A program made the translations under genes and the position numbers. This document shows positions 1-9,510 of a DNA stretch of 64,000 nt, piece by piece (within the stretch, counting starts at the first letter, position 1; each line of letters begins with the position of its first letter). The DNA is from Nanobdellota archaeon (lineage in GTDB: Archaea; Nanobdellota; Nanobdellia; Parvarchaeales; Parvarchaeaceae), in the NCBI GenBank assembly GCA_021810345.1, contig JAJZIX010000001.1, forward strand, positions 7,847 to 71,846, read 5' to 3'. A model generated the notes under the pieces. It did no database searches and was not told the DNA's origin. It saw nothing but the letters and a program-made list of their open reading frames with translations.

Positions 1-26
1 ATCGAATCTTTAAACTTGCCAAAGGC

Positions 27-461
27 ATGTATACTACCCTGAATAACAGCGAAGTGATCGGCTTTGCATTTTCCCCGTTCTATTATGGGCTTACCTACGC
101 ACTATCTTATTATAATGTGTGGGAAGAACGAGCCAATCCGGTGATAGTGACAACTAAAACTGTGAGAAGCGGCACGAGAAAAGCAATGGGCATCAATATT
201 TCTGTCTTTAGAATACCAAAGACCATGTTTTTTGGTTACAATATGGTAAAAGGAGAAGCAGTATATTATCCGATTTCAGATCTAGAAAAAACTTTCATAG
301 ATTTAGTATATTTTGGGATAAGCCTTAGGGAAGACACGTTAAACAGATTAGTAGCAAGACTAGATCGCAAAAAATTAAGAGAATATCTTCTTCGTTCTCC
401 TAAACGACTATGGGCCAGCACGGAAAAAATATATTATAGCGCCGTTCATCACAGAATTTAG
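27..461 (+). CDS. hypothetical protein, possibly 5'-truncated by the window edge
   Basis: 144-aa ORF. No recognised motif. The window starts 26 nt upstream, so the N-terminus is uncertain. Confidence 0.3.
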   Translation: MYTTLNNSEVIGFAFSPFYYGLTYALSYYNVWEERANPVIVTTKTVRSGTRKAMGINISVFRIPKTMFFGYNMVKGEAVYYPISDLEKTFIDLVYFGISLREDTLNRLVARLDRKKLREYLLRSPKRLWASTEKIYYSAVHHRI

Positions 462-524
462 CAATTTTACTGGATACCAAGTAGGAAAGAAAATCAAAGG
501 CAAGAAGATAAAGTTCGTCCCATG

Positions 525-1055
525 TTAGAAAACAACCGGTTTTACGTCGAGTTGTATCGGCTTTTCCTCAGGTGGAGGAGGGGCCTGTTTTTGCTGCGGC
601 GGCTGTTCAACAGGCTTTTCCCCTTCTTTTACTTTCTCAATGGCCGATTTAATCTCATTTGCAATTGCCTCGAGCTCTTCTTTGGTTAATTTGTTCGGCT
701 GCCAGGTGTAGTTTATAGTGTCATCCTTGTAGCGCGGGATTATGTGTATTATGCTGTGAGGCGTTACGTTCCCCTTTATAAGCTCCTGGGTGTAGATCAG
801 GTCCACGTTTGTGGCCCCCTGGGAGATCAAAAGTGCATACCCTATTGCTCTGGCAAGTGACATCATCTGGAGGTAAACGTTCTGCGGCGCTTCATAAAGG
901 CTGTTGTAGTGCGCTTTTGGTATCAGCAGGCAGTGGCCCTTGGATGCGGGGTTTATATCCAGTACCGCAATGAAGGCCTCGTCCTCATACACAGGATTGG
1001 AAGGTATCCTCTTGCTTGCAATCATGCAGAAAACGCATTTTTCATTGTCAGCCAT
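525..1055 (-). CDS. HIT (histidine triad) family hydrolase with a Pro/Gln-rich C-terminal tail
   Basis: HSIIHIIP histidine-triad motif (H-phi-H-phi-H). ADNEKCVFCMI N-terminal motif typical of HIT/Hint proteins. Start chosen at MADNEK. The ORF tracker extends it to 1127. Confidence 0.7.
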   Translation of the reverse strand: MADNEKCVFCMIASKRIPSNPVYEDEAFIAVLDINPASKGHCLLIPKAHYNSLYEAPQNVYLQMMSLARAIGYALLISQGATNVDLIYTQELIKGNVTPHSIIHIIPRYKDDTINYTWQPNKLTKEELEAIANEIKSAIEKVKEGEKPVEQPPQQKQAPPPPEEKPIQLDVKPVVF

Positions 1056-1130
1056 AATTAAACCTAAAACCTGCTTGCTTTTATACTTTTTACGCCCTAA
1101 CGTGGTAAAAAATAGGTTTATAAGCAAGGA

Positions 1131-1376
1131 ATGAGGAGAGAGTGTATGAAAGCAAATAATCTGAGAGGAATACCTAAATTCCGCGAAGAGGAAAAGAAAA
1201 TGGTCGACGTGGTCGTCGGTTCAGTGCTTTACGGGCTTGGATTGGTCCTTTTGGCACTAGGTTTTGTCTACCTGCTTAGTCAGGCAGTGCCAAAACTTGG
1301 ATTCGACGTCAGCGAGATCATAGTAGGTGCTATCATGTTCGTGATAGCAATCGCGGTATTCAAGGTAAGAGTGTAA
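1131..1376 (+). CDS. small membrane protein (two predicted TM helices)
   Basis: Hydrophobic stretches GSVLYGLGLVLLALGFVYLL and IIVGAIMFVIAIAVF. No homolog recognised. Confidence 0.3.
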   Translation: MRRECMKANNLRGIPKFREEEKKMVDVVVGSVLYGLGLVLLALGFVYLLSQAVPKLGFDVSEIIVGAIMFVIAIAVFKVRV

Positions 1377-1438
1377 AAAACAAGCTTCTTTGACTTTTTC
1401 TTTTTTTTACTTTTTTATCTAGTGAAAAATTAGAAAGG

Positions 1439-1449
1439 TTTATATATAA
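1439..1449 (+). promoter_or_regulatory. putative archaeal TATA box (TTTATATATAA) about 20-29 nt upstream of the trmB-like start codon, preceded by T-runs
   Basis: Sequence aaaggtttatatataat lies upstream of the ATG at 1468. The oligo-T stretch at 1395-1416 probably terminates the preceding gene. Confidence 0.3.
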
Positions 1450-1467
1450 TGCTCTTCATCCAATATT

Positions 1468-2265
1468 ATGGCATTGACATTCAGTGACGATTACGTTGCA
1501 AAGATCAGAAGGCTTTTTGGTCTTAACCTATACGAGGCAAAAATATGGCTTGCACTGCTCTCACAGGGTAAGGCTACCTCCGGGAAGCTTAGCGATATAG
1601 CAAACATCCCAAAATCAAGGGCATATGACATTCTCGTCTCGCTTGAAAACGGCGGATTTGTCGTCAAGGAGCTTGGCAAGCCAATAACCTACATAGCGAT
1701 ACCGCCAGAGGATCTCATAGAGAAGCTTGAGGAGAAGACCAAGGTAGACACGACTCAGAAGCTGGAGAAACTAGCAAAGCTGAAGGACAGCACGGTCCTG
1801 AAGGATCTGCAGGCCCTCTATACAAAGGGAGTGAAGTACGTTGAAGAGAACAAGGTCGCCAACTCATACCAGGGCATAGACGCAGCATATTTCAGGGTCA
1901 AAAAGAGCATAAGGGAAGCGAACAACGAGATAGTCCTCATAACAACGGCAAAAAGCCTGGAAGAGAAGGTAAATTCTCTGGGCAGGGCCTTGAAACAGGC
2001 GAAGGCCAAGAATGTCTCAATACATATATACGCACCTATAAAAGACGTAAGCGAGGCGCTGGCCGAGGAAATAAAGCAGTTTGGCAAGCTGAACAAGCTT
2101 GATTTAGACATAGGAAGGTTCATAATCGTGGACGGAAAGGAGATTTTCATATTTACAGAGAATGAGGAGGACATCCATCCAAGCAATGAGATCGTCCTGC
2201 ACATAAAGGGTTCTTACATCCCAGAGAAAATAAAGAAAATTGCGCAAATGCACACAAAGGAGTGA
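1468..2265 (+). CDS. TrmB-family transcriptional regulator (winged helix-turn-helix)
   Basis: N-terminus LNLYEAKIWLALLSQGKATSGKLSDIANIPKSRAYDILVSLENGGFV matches the TrmB HTH signature (LSEYEAKVYLALL...IPRSRVYDVL). Confidence 0.65.
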   Translation: MALTFSDDYVAKIRRLFGLNLYEAKIWLALLSQGKATSGKLSDIANIPKSRAYDILVSLENGGFVVKELGKPITYIAIPPEDLIEKLEEKTKVDTTQKLEKLAKLKDSTVLKDLQALYTKGVKYVEENKVANSYQGIDAAYFRVKKSIREANNEIVLITTAKSLEEKVNSLGRALKQAKAKNVSIHIYAPIKDVSEALAEEIKQFGKLNKLDLDIGRFIIVDGKEIFIFTENEEDIHPSNEIVLHIKGSYIPEKIKKIAQMHTKE

Positions 2266-2482
2266 ATCCCCGCGTTTGTAATAAGCTTCTGCCCAGCTTC
2301 TTTCAGCACTGTAGGTTTGGATTTATACCCAAGAGCTTATAGCAATGTATTTATCGATGCAAAAGATATAAAATTATGCGAAGTTGTAAATTTTGGCAGA
2401 CTGAGCGTATTAGTTTGGTATATCAAGATGACATAATTTGGGCCATGGACTATTTTCAGCGTGTAGAGGGACATGAAGGCGT

Positions 2483-5400
2483 ATGACTTACATAAAAACA
2501 CTAGAGCTTGACAATTTTAAGTCGTTTTCAGGCCATGTAAAGTTTGATTTCATAAATGGATTCAATGTAATCGCGGGTGCAAACGGTTCAGGCAAGAGCA
2601 ATGTGATAGACGCACTGATGTTCGTCTTCGGCGGCGCCTCCAAGAAAGACATGAGGAGCGAGCTACTCGTAGACCTGATATTCAACGGCGGAAAAGCGAG
2701 GCAGCAGGCGGAAAGTGCAAAAGTCACTCTTACGCTCGACAATTCCAACAAGGAATTCAAAAACTATGAGGAGAAGGAAGTGTCAATAAGCAGGAAGATC
2801 GACAAGAACGGCAAGAGCGTCTTTAGGATAAACGGTAAAGCATCTACAAGGGAGGAGCTGCTAAACCTGCTTTCGCTAATAAAGGTGAAGCAGGACAGCT
2901 TCAATATAATCCCGCAGGGCCGCATAAACGAGATTGCTGCGTCTTCCAATGAGGAACGGCTTCTTCTAGTTAATGAGATATCCGGCATAAGCGTCTTTGA
3001 GGACAAGAAATCAAAGGCAATGCTAGAGATGAAGAAAGTTGAGGAGAATGTATCAAAGATAGAGACCGTCCTGAACGAGAAGAAAAAATTAATGGAGAAG
3101 CTTCAGGCGGAAAAGCAGAGCGCCACTGAATTCGCCGAGTTGAAAGCCAGGCAGCTTCAGCTGCTTGCCAAGCAGGCCACGATCAAGAAAAATATTGCTT
3201 ATGAGAGATGGGACAAGATCAACAAACAGCTGCAGGAGATAAAGTCGAAAAACCAGAAAGTCGCAGAAGCCGATGGGAAAATAAGCCAAAGGATGAGGGA
3301 AATAAACGATGAAATAACCCGGATAAACACCGAGGCCGAAGCGAAGGGTGAGGAAGAGATCTCGAAGACAGAGGCAAAATCAAAGGAGATAGAGACTGAA
3401 ATAGCACAGCTTTCAGCGGTGCAGAGGACGAATGAGGATCAGCTCAGCAAGATAGAAGAAACTCTAAAGGAGCTTTTGAATACAAAGGAAGAACTTTCTG
3501 CGCAGCTGGACAAGGAGTATGAGGAGACTAAGGAATACTCCGATAAAGTATCATCTTTGGAGGCCAGGAGGAGCAGCCTCTTGGAGGAGCTGAACACCGC
3601 AGAGCGTTCGATGAAGGATATAGAGTCGATAGACAAGGAGATAAATGGATTGAACAGGGAGCTTTATGAGGCAAAGCTCGCTTTGACAAATTACCCCAGG
3701 CTGTCGGAGGTGCAGACAAAGCTCAGCGAGCTAAAAAGCGAATACGATAAGCTGGAGCAGGACAAAAAAGCGGCGACAATAAAATTCTCCACTTTGTCAC
3801 CTGAGGTAGAATCCCTAAGGAATTCAATAAAGAAAGAGTCAGATTCAATATACTGGCTCAGGGAGAACCTACTGTCGCAGAAGAACTCTCTTGCCTCGCA
3901 GAACAGGGCTATAGATGTTGTCAATAGACTGAAAAAGAAGATAAGTGGAATCCACGGGACAGTGAGCGAGCTTTTCACGTTAAAGTCAGACGAGTACACC
4001 GTGCCTATATTCAGGTCGATAGGAAGGAGGGGCGAGTTCATAGTGGTTGACAATGAGAATATCGCTTCTGAATGCATAAAGGAGATAAAAGCGGAGAAGC
4101 TTGGCACGTTCAATTTCATACCTCTGAATAAAATAACCTTTATGCCACTCCCAGCTAAACCCGATTCAGCTGGGGTTATAGACTTTACGATAAATCTGGT
4201 GGATTTTGACCAGGCAGTTGCCGGTGCGATGAAATTCGTTTTTGGGGATACTTTGCTCGTTAAGGACATAGACGGCTCAAGGGATCTTATAAACAAGTTT
4301 AGACTGGTAACCATCGACGGCACTGTCGTAGAGAAAACAGGGGTTATGTCCGGTGGCTCGTACGAGCCGTTTAATATATCAGCCATAATGAAGAAGATTT
4401 CCGAGCTTAACAAGAGCATATCCGACCAGACCCAGCTGAAGGAGGAGCAGGAGGCCGCGCTTATAGAGAAGGAATCCGCACTCAGCTCTTTGATGGCATC
4501 GATAAAATCCTGCGAATTTGGGATGTCGCAGCTGAAGCCGCAGATAGAGGCCATGTCAAAGGAAGTATCAAGGTTCTCCGGCTCAGAAAAGGATATGTCG
4601 GACAGGATAACAGAGCTAGAGAAGATGATACGGGCCAAAATGGATGCGCTGGCTTCCATAGAGAGGAGCAAAATAGACCCTGCAAAACACAAAAAAGAGA
4701 TAGAATACCTTGACTCGCAGATAAAAGAGGCCCAGATGAAGCTCATATCATCAAACAGCAAAACAGAAAACATCTCGAAGATAGAATCTGCAAACGTTAG
4801 CAAGAGGATCTCTGATATGGAGAAGGAGAGGTCCAAGTTTACCGATGATTTCGATAGGATCAACAAAGAGTTGGAGACTCTTAACCTAGAGCTAAAAGAG
4901 ACATCGAAAGAGCTTGACAAGAAATCAGGCGAACTCATCTCGCTTAGGAAGCAGCGGGATGCACTGTCGAAGGAGCTGTCATCACTGAATTCAGAGAGGG
5001 ATCGCATACTTGGAGAGAGCAAGAAGATAGGCGATGAGATAAACGCGCTTAATGTAAGTGATGCTGAACTGAGGGTAAAGTATGAAACCGCGGAAGATGA
5101 GTGCAAGAAGTACGCCGAGGTTAAAGTCGAGCTTGTTGAAGGCGAGACACTGGAAAAGATAAACAAGGAGCTGTCATCCGTCTCGTCAAAGATTAACTCA
5201 TTCGGTCCGGTCAATGAACTTGCCCTGGAGACCTTCAATGCGACTTCAGCGGAGTACAATGAGTTCAACGAGAAGCTCAGCAAGCTACTGGAGGAAAAAA
5301 GCAAGATTGATCAGGTGATCTCGGAGATAGAGGACAGGAAGAAAGAAGCGTTCACTAAGACATTGAACGATATAAACACGGTGTTTTCGATGGTCTTTAA

Positions 5401-5818
5401 CTCGCTGACAAACGGTAAGGCGGAACTTTCGCCGGACACCCCAGATGATATATTCTCAGGAGGGCTCGACATACTCGTTGACCTGCCGAATAAAAAAGTG
5501 AGAAACGTCAGGGGGCTCAGCGGAGGGGAGCAATCCATAGTCTCGCTGTCATTGATAATCGCAATATCAAAGTACACCGATGTTCCCTTCTACGTGCTTG
5601 ACGAGGTCGATGCGGCCCTCGACTCGGTCAATTCATCTAAATTCTCGGAGATCGTGCGCGCTTATTCTGAGAAAACACAGTTCATCGTGATATCCCACAA
5701 TGAAAACACGCTTGTCAATGCAGACGTGCTGTATGGAATCACAATGACTTCCGAAGGCACGAGCAAGGTTGTCGGCGTAAAGCTTCCAGGCAAGGTTGAG
5801 AAGGAAAAGGCTCAATGA
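2483..5818 (+). CDS. smc: SMC chromosome segregation ATPase
   Basis: 1111 aa. Walker A FNVIAGANGSGKSNVIDAL. Long coiled-coil regions flank a central hinge. ABC signature LSGGEQSIVSLSLIIAI and Walker B FYVLDEVDAALD at the C-terminus. Confidence 0.9.
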   Translation: MTYIKTLELDNFKSFSGHVKFDFINGFNVIAGANGSGKSNVIDALMFVFGGASKKDMRSELLVDLIFNGGKARQQAESAKVTLTLDNSNKEFKNYEEKEVSISRKIDKNGKSVFRINGKASTREELLNLLSLIKVKQDSFNIIPQGRINEIAASSNEERLLLVNEISGISVFEDKKSKAMLEMKKVEENVSKIETVLNEKKKLMEKLQAEKQSATEFAELKARQLQLLAKQATIKKNIAYERWDKINKQLQEIKSKNQKVAEADGKISQRMREINDEITRINTEAEAKGEEEISKTEAKSKEIETEIAQLSAVQRTNEDQLSKIEETLKELLNTKEELSAQLDKEYEETKEYSDKVSSLEARRSSLLEELNTAERSMKDIESIDKEINGLNRELYEAKLALTNYPRLSEVQTKLSELKSEYDKLEQDKKAATIKFSTLSPEVESLRNSIKKESDSIYWLRENLLSQKNSLASQNRAIDVVNRLKKKISGIHGTVSELFTLKSDEYTVPIFRSIGRRGEFIVVDNENIASECIKEIKAEKLGTFNFIPLNKITFMPLPAKPDSAGVIDFTINLVDFDQAVAGAMKFVFGDTLLVKDIDGSRDLINKFRLVTIDGTVVEKTGVMSGGSYEPFNISAIMKKISELNKSISDQTQLKEEQEAALIEKESALSSLMASIKSCEFGMSQLKPQIEAMSKEVSRFSGSEKDMSDRITELEKMIRAKMDALASIERSKIDPAKHKKEIEYLDSQIKEAQMKLISSNSKTENISKIESANVSKRISDMEKERSKFTDDFDRINKELETLNLELKETSKELDKKSGELISLRKQRDALSKELSSLNSERDRILGESKKIGDEINALNVSDAELRVKYETAEDECKKYAEVKVELVEGETLEKINKELSSVSSKINSFGPVNELALETFNATSAEYNEFNEKLSKLLEEKSKIDQVISEIEDRKKEAFTKTLNDINTVFSMVFNSLTNGKAELSPDTPDDIFSGGLDILVDLPNKKVRNVRGLSGGEQSIVSLSLIIAISKYTDVPFYVLDEVDAALDSVNSSKFSEIVRAYSEKTQFIVISHNENTLVNADVLYGITMTSEGTSKVVGVKLPGKVEKEKAQ

Positions 5819-6603
5819 GCCTTAAGGACGTCTATAAGCCGTGAGAGCTCATAAAATGAGAGACTTTTCACTTCTTTTTCCCCGATGTCTTTAAGTTTGT
5901 CCTCTATCTCTGAATAGGACTGCCGGCTCTGCCTTTTGGTCTGCACCTCTGTCTCCTGGTAAGCCCTGGCGACGGCGTTTTTCACCAGTAGCTCCTCCCT
6001 TTTCAGTGCTTCCTGCACCAGGTTGCTGGGGATCCTGGAGAATTTCACCATATAACTTGTGACTCTCGGCTGCGGATAAAATGACTCCTTTTTAACCTCA
6101 GCTATTTTCGAGAATTCGAAGAACTGGCGCTGTATAAGCGGGAATTTTTTGTTGTCTCCGTTGATTAGGCTGTCGGATATGCTTTTTGGCAGTATCATCG
6201 TACCAGACAGAAAGTCATAGTGGATCAACTTGTTGAATATCCTGTCGACCAGTGTGTATGGGGGATTTGATATCACTTTGGTGAATTTTGGTATTATTAT
6301 TGACAGCACATCCGCATTTATCAGCTCCACGTTTTTATTGAGCTCATATTTATTTATCAGGTATGAATGCAGCTTGACATCCATCTCTACGGCTATGACC
6401 CTGCAGACTTTGCTTATGTTCTCGGTAAGATAACCAAAGCCAGACCCTATCTCAAGGACGATATCATTATTGTTGAGCTGCTGGCTTTCTATTTCCTTGT
6501 TGATGGCAGCCTCATCTACAAGAAAAAACTGGTCCTTTAACTTGGCCCCGGTTATGCCGTAGTCTTTTATCAACGTCACAGTCCTATCAAGAAGTTCGTC
6601 CAT
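5812..6603 (-). CDS. ksgA: 16S rRNA (adenine1518/1519-N6)-dimethyltransferase KsgA/Dim1
   Basis: SAM motif LEIGSGFGYLT, catalytic NPPY motif and a length of 263 aa fit KsgA/RsmA. Confidence 0.8.
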   Translation of the reverse strand: MDELLDRTVTLIKDYGITGAKLKDQFFLVDEAAINKEIESQQLNNNDIVLEIGSGFGYLTENISKVCRVIAVEMDVKLHSYLINKYELNKNVELINADVLSIIIPKFTKVISNPPYTLVDRIFNKLIHYDFLSGTMILPKSISDSLINGDNKKFPLIQRQFFEFSKIAEVKKESFYPQPRVTSYMVKFSRIPSNLVQEALKREELLVKNAVARAYQETEVQTKRQSRQSYSEIEDKLKDIGEKEVKSLSFYELSRLIDVLKAH

Positions 6604-6994
6604 ACCCCTTGCCAGGCTTAAATTTTTCTATATTGAATGCTTCCCCGCACTTCTGGCATTTTACAACGTAAAACTCCTTGTTTTTGCCGTCTTTTCTCAG
6701 TTTGACCGTATCAAGAGAGCCGGAGTAATCGTTCGCGTACTGGCATTTTGGGCATTTGAACTCAAAGTGAAACTGATCCTCTCCTTTTTTCCTGTAGATA
6801 AGGGTCTTCTCTGTCTTATCGTTGTAATTGATGCTAGACTTCTTTATGAAGCTCAAATCATGCACGTCTATCATAATCTTTGAATCACTTCTTGTTTTTA
6901 GACTCTTTTCTGATATTTTAAGCTTACTGCAGGCCGAGCTGTTGGTGTCGAAAGGTTCGTCCTCACCGTCTGACCGGAAAATCCAGAGCTGCAC
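6587..6994 (-). CDS. zinc-ribbon protein (two CxxC pairs), immediately upstream of ksgA on the same strand
   Basis: C-terminus FKCPKCQYANDY...VKCQKCGEAF. Start uncertain (an internal Met at MIDVHDL is possible). Confidence 0.35.
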   Translation of the reverse strand: MQLWIFRSDGEDEPFDTNSSACSKLKISEKSLKTRSDSKIMIDVHDLSFIKKSSINYNDKTEKTLIYRKKGEDQFHFEFKCPKCQYANDYSGSLDTVKLRKDGKNKEFYVVKCQKCGEAFNIEKFKPGKGYGRTS

Positions 6995-7075
6995 AAACGC
7001 TGCATACAGTATGGATTAGCCCATAAAAGCGGTTTAAATACATTTTTAAATAGTGGCAACCATTAAAAAAGAGTT

Positions 7076-7780
7076 ATGAAGATTCCAAGATCGAGGAGAA
7101 GGGGAAAAAGCAAGGTTTTCAGGGCCAACGCCTTCAGGGCCGTAGGCATATCAAGGCTGATAAGGTCTGATAGCGGGATGAATGGCCGCGTTACAAAATT
7201 AATACATGACGTTTACAGGACTTCTCCTTTGATGGAGGTCAAATTTGAGGATGGGCAGACAACGTTCTTGCCGGCCTTTTCAGGCGCATATGTGGGCAAG
7301 AACATAAGCTACCTGAAGCCAGAGATGCTTACCACTGGTTCTATACAAAAACTTGGGAACATCCCACCGGGCACGGACATATATGATGTTGAGCTAAAAC
7401 CAGGAGACGGCGGCAAGATAGTAAGGGCCGGCGGAACCAGCGCAAAAGTAATGGAAGTGTCCCAGGACAATATAGCTGTCTCTCTGCCGAGCGGTTCAAT
7501 GGTAAGGCTCAACCCGGAGTGCAGGGCGATAATCGGCAGGATCGCAAATGCCGGAAGGAAAGAGAAGCCTTTTTATAAGGCGGGAAACAAATATCACTTA
7601 ATATACGCGCGTGCAAGGTACTGGCCTATGACGGCTGCAGTGGCTATGAACGCCTATGAGCACAAGTTTGGAGGGAAACGTAGAAGTACGCAGCACAAGT
7701 CAAAGAGCGCTTCAAGGCGCGCACCTCCGGGAGCCAAGGTCGGTTCGATAGCACCAAAGCGCACAGGAATGAAAAGATAA
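7076..7780 (+). CDS. rpl2: 50S ribosomal protein L2 (uL2)
   Basis: [33 protein letters not shown] and HKFGGKRR motifs. Basic N- and C-termini. 234 aa. Confidence 0.9.
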   Translation: MKIPRSRRRGKSKVFRANAFRAVGISRLIRSDSGMNGRVTKLIHDVYRTSPLMEVKFEDGQTTFLPAFSGAYVGKNISYLKPEMLTTGSIQKLGNIPPGTDIYDVELKPGDGGKIVRAGGTSAKVMEVSQDNIAVSLPSGSMVRLNPECRAIIGRIANAGRKEKPFYKAGNKYHLIYARARYWPMTAAVAMNAYEHKFGGKRRSTQHKSKSASRRAPPGAKVGSIAPKRTGMKR

Positions 7781-7782
7781 TC

Positions 7783-8169
7783 ATGGAAGAGTATATTTAC
7801 AGGGGAAAGAAGATAGCCGATTTAAAAGCCATGGACAGGAACGAGCTTTTCAAGCTTGTCAACTCCGATGTTAGGAGAGTCATGAAGCGCGGCTATTCTG
7901 ACGAGGAAAAGAGATTCCTGGCTAACATGAAGAAGAAGAGCGCAAAGTCGAAGCCGATTAAGACCCACCTAAGGGAGATGTTCATACTGCCGGATTTCGT
8001 CGGCCTGACAATCAGTGTCCACAATGGAAAGGAATTCGTTCCCGTTGAGATAAAGCCAAATATGGTGTTCCACAGGCTCGGAGAGTACGCATTGACAACC
8101 AAGCAGGTTAGGCACAACTCGCCTGGCCTAAGGGCTACACGCTCAAGCGGGTTCGTCCCTATTAAGTAA
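7783..8169 (+). CDS. rps19: 30S ribosomal protein S19 (uS19)
   Basis: [29 protein letters not shown] matches the S19 core (GHKLGEF). Position directly after L2. Confidence 0.85.
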   Translation: MEEYIYRGKKIADLKAMDRNELFKLVNSDVRRVMKRGYSDEEKRFLANMKKKSAKSKPIKTHLREMFILPDFVGLTISVHNGKEFVPVEIKPNMVFHRLGEYALTTKQVRHNSPGLRATRSSGFVPIK

Positions 8170-8174
8170 TTGAT

Positions 8175-8699
8175 ATGGCCACAAAAGTATCCTCTGCAAG
8201 GGAAAGCCTGCCAATATCAAAGAAGCATGTCCATGAAATAGCCGAGGCTATAAAGGGGAAAAACATAGACAGGGCCATAGCCTATCTGGAAAGAGTGAAA
8301 GCACAGAAGGATTTTGTTCCTTTCATGAAATACCCCAGCAAAGGCCACAAACATGGCATACCAGCGGGTTACCCGAAGAAGGCATCGGTCCAGATAATAA
8401 GGATGCTCAAGGAACTGAAAGCAAATGCAAAGTATATGGGTTTTGAGGTGTCAGCTTTGACTGTCTCGGGATACATGCTTGGCAGGGGAGCCTACCCAAG
8501 GTACGGCGGCGGCAAGGTCTATAGGAGGGGCAAGCGCACAAACATAACACTTTATACCATTGTTAATCAGGAGCGCAAGAAAGAGGAGAAGAAACCCGAA
8601 GCGGCTCCGCAAGAGACTAAAAAAGAGGAAACAAAAGAAATTAAAGCAGAAGAGACAAACAAAAGTGAGGCAAAAGATGTTACCAAAGAAAATAATTAA
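8175..8699 (+). CDS. rpl22: 50S ribosomal protein L22 (uL22) with a Lys/Glu-rich C-terminal extension
   Basis: Position between S19 and S3. Central basic core GYMLGRGAYPRYGGGKVYRRGKRTNITLYT. Low-complexity KE-rich tail. Confidence 0.8.
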   Translation: MATKVSSARESLPISKKHVHEIAEAIKGKNIDRAIAYLERVKAQKDFVPFMKYPSKGHKHGIPAGYPKKASVQIIRMLKELKANAKYMGFEVSALTVSGYMLGRGAYPRYGGGKVYRRGKRTNITLYTIVNQERKKEEKKPEAAPQETKKEETKEIKAEETNKSEAKDVTKENN

Positions 8700-9348
8700 T
8701 TCAAAGACCAATGATGAGGTCGCAAGGGAGCTGATAATGAACCGGTTGTCAAGGTTCGGCATAAGCAGCGTTGGGATAGAGAAGACACCGCTTGGCATGA
8801 AAGTAGTTGTGAGGACAACGAAGCCGGGTTTCCTTCTTACAAGAGCGAACCAGACGCTCAAGGACCTGTCAAAGGAACTTGGGGTGTACTTTAAGCAGGA
8901 ATCACCTCACATAGACGTGGAGCAGGTCGACGATCCGCTTTTGGATCCAGAGTCAGTAGCCGATTCGATAGCATTCAAGATTGCAAAGTTCGGTCCGATG
9001 AAGTACAAAGTAGTGGCCCATAAAGCGATGGATGATATAATGGCCGCCGGCGCGAAAGGCGTTGAGATAGAGATAGGCGGAGTGATAAAGGAGAGGGCAG
9101 CTCATTTCAAGTTTAGGCCTCATGGAAGCGTAATGCCAAAAACAGGGCAGCTCGAGGATTTTGGTGTTAGGAAAGCAAAGAAACAGCTTGTACTGAAGCG
9201 CGGATCAATAGGCATAAAGGTCACAATTGTTGCGCCAACGCATGCAGCAAGTGAGGTGGAGTTCAAAAATGGAAGAAAATCTGAAGGATCTGGAGCTGGA
9301 GCTCCTGAAAATGAACATAAAGAGGACGCAGGGGCTGCAGCCAGCTGA
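8677..9348 (+). CDS. rps3: 30S ribosomal protein S3 (uS3), KH domain
   Basis: Start chosen at MLPKKI. The tracker ORF beginning at 8560 is an in-frame upstream extension across the L22 tail. KH-like region and the typical position after L22. Confidence 0.85.
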   Translation: MLPKKIINSKTNDEVARELIMNRLSRFGISSVGIEKTPLGMKVVVRTTKPGFLLTRANQTLKDLSKELGVYFKQESPHIDVEQVDDPLLDPESVADSIAFKIAKFGPMKYKVVAHKAMDDIMAAGAKGVEIEIGGVIKERAAHFKFRPHGSVMPKTGQLEDFGVRKAKKQLVLKRGSIGIKVTIVAPTHAASEVEFKNGRKSEGSGAGAPENEHKEDAGAAAS

Positions 9349-9454
9349 TGCGGGGAAATATCATCGTCTGAAGAAGAAGGTCGCAAAACTGAAGGACGAG
9401 CTCAGGCGCAAAGAGCTAGCAGAAGAGAAAAAAGCATTGAAGTCCAAATCATAA
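9269..9454 (+). CDS. rpl29: 50S ribosomal protein L29 (uL29)
   Basis: MEENLKDLELELLKMNIKRTQG...KKKVAKLKDELRRKE is a coiled helical L29-like sequence following S3. Overlaps the S3 3' end in another frame. Start uncertain. Confidence 0.6.
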   Translation: MEENLKDLELELLKMNIKRTQGLQPADAGKYHRLKKKVAKLKDELRRKELAEEKKALKSKS

Positions 9455-9510
9455 TGCAGGTCTTGTTTTTATTCTTAAAGCATAAAAAGAGCAGATTATA
9501 TTAAGTATGC

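Noticed and set aside
3691-5304. 537-aa ORF on the minus strand inside smc (plus other S/L-rich antisense ORFs at 2488-3719)
   Set aside because: Antisense to the strongly supported SMC gene. The low-complexity Ser/Leu-rich translation is typical of the reverse frame of a Glu/Lys-rich coiled-coil gene.
8560-8676. Basic 39-aa N-terminal extension of S3 (MLIRSARKRRRNPKRL...)
   Set aside because: It is the alternate-frame translation of the Lys/Glu-rich tail of L22. The S3 start at MLPKKI matches other archaeal S3 proteins.
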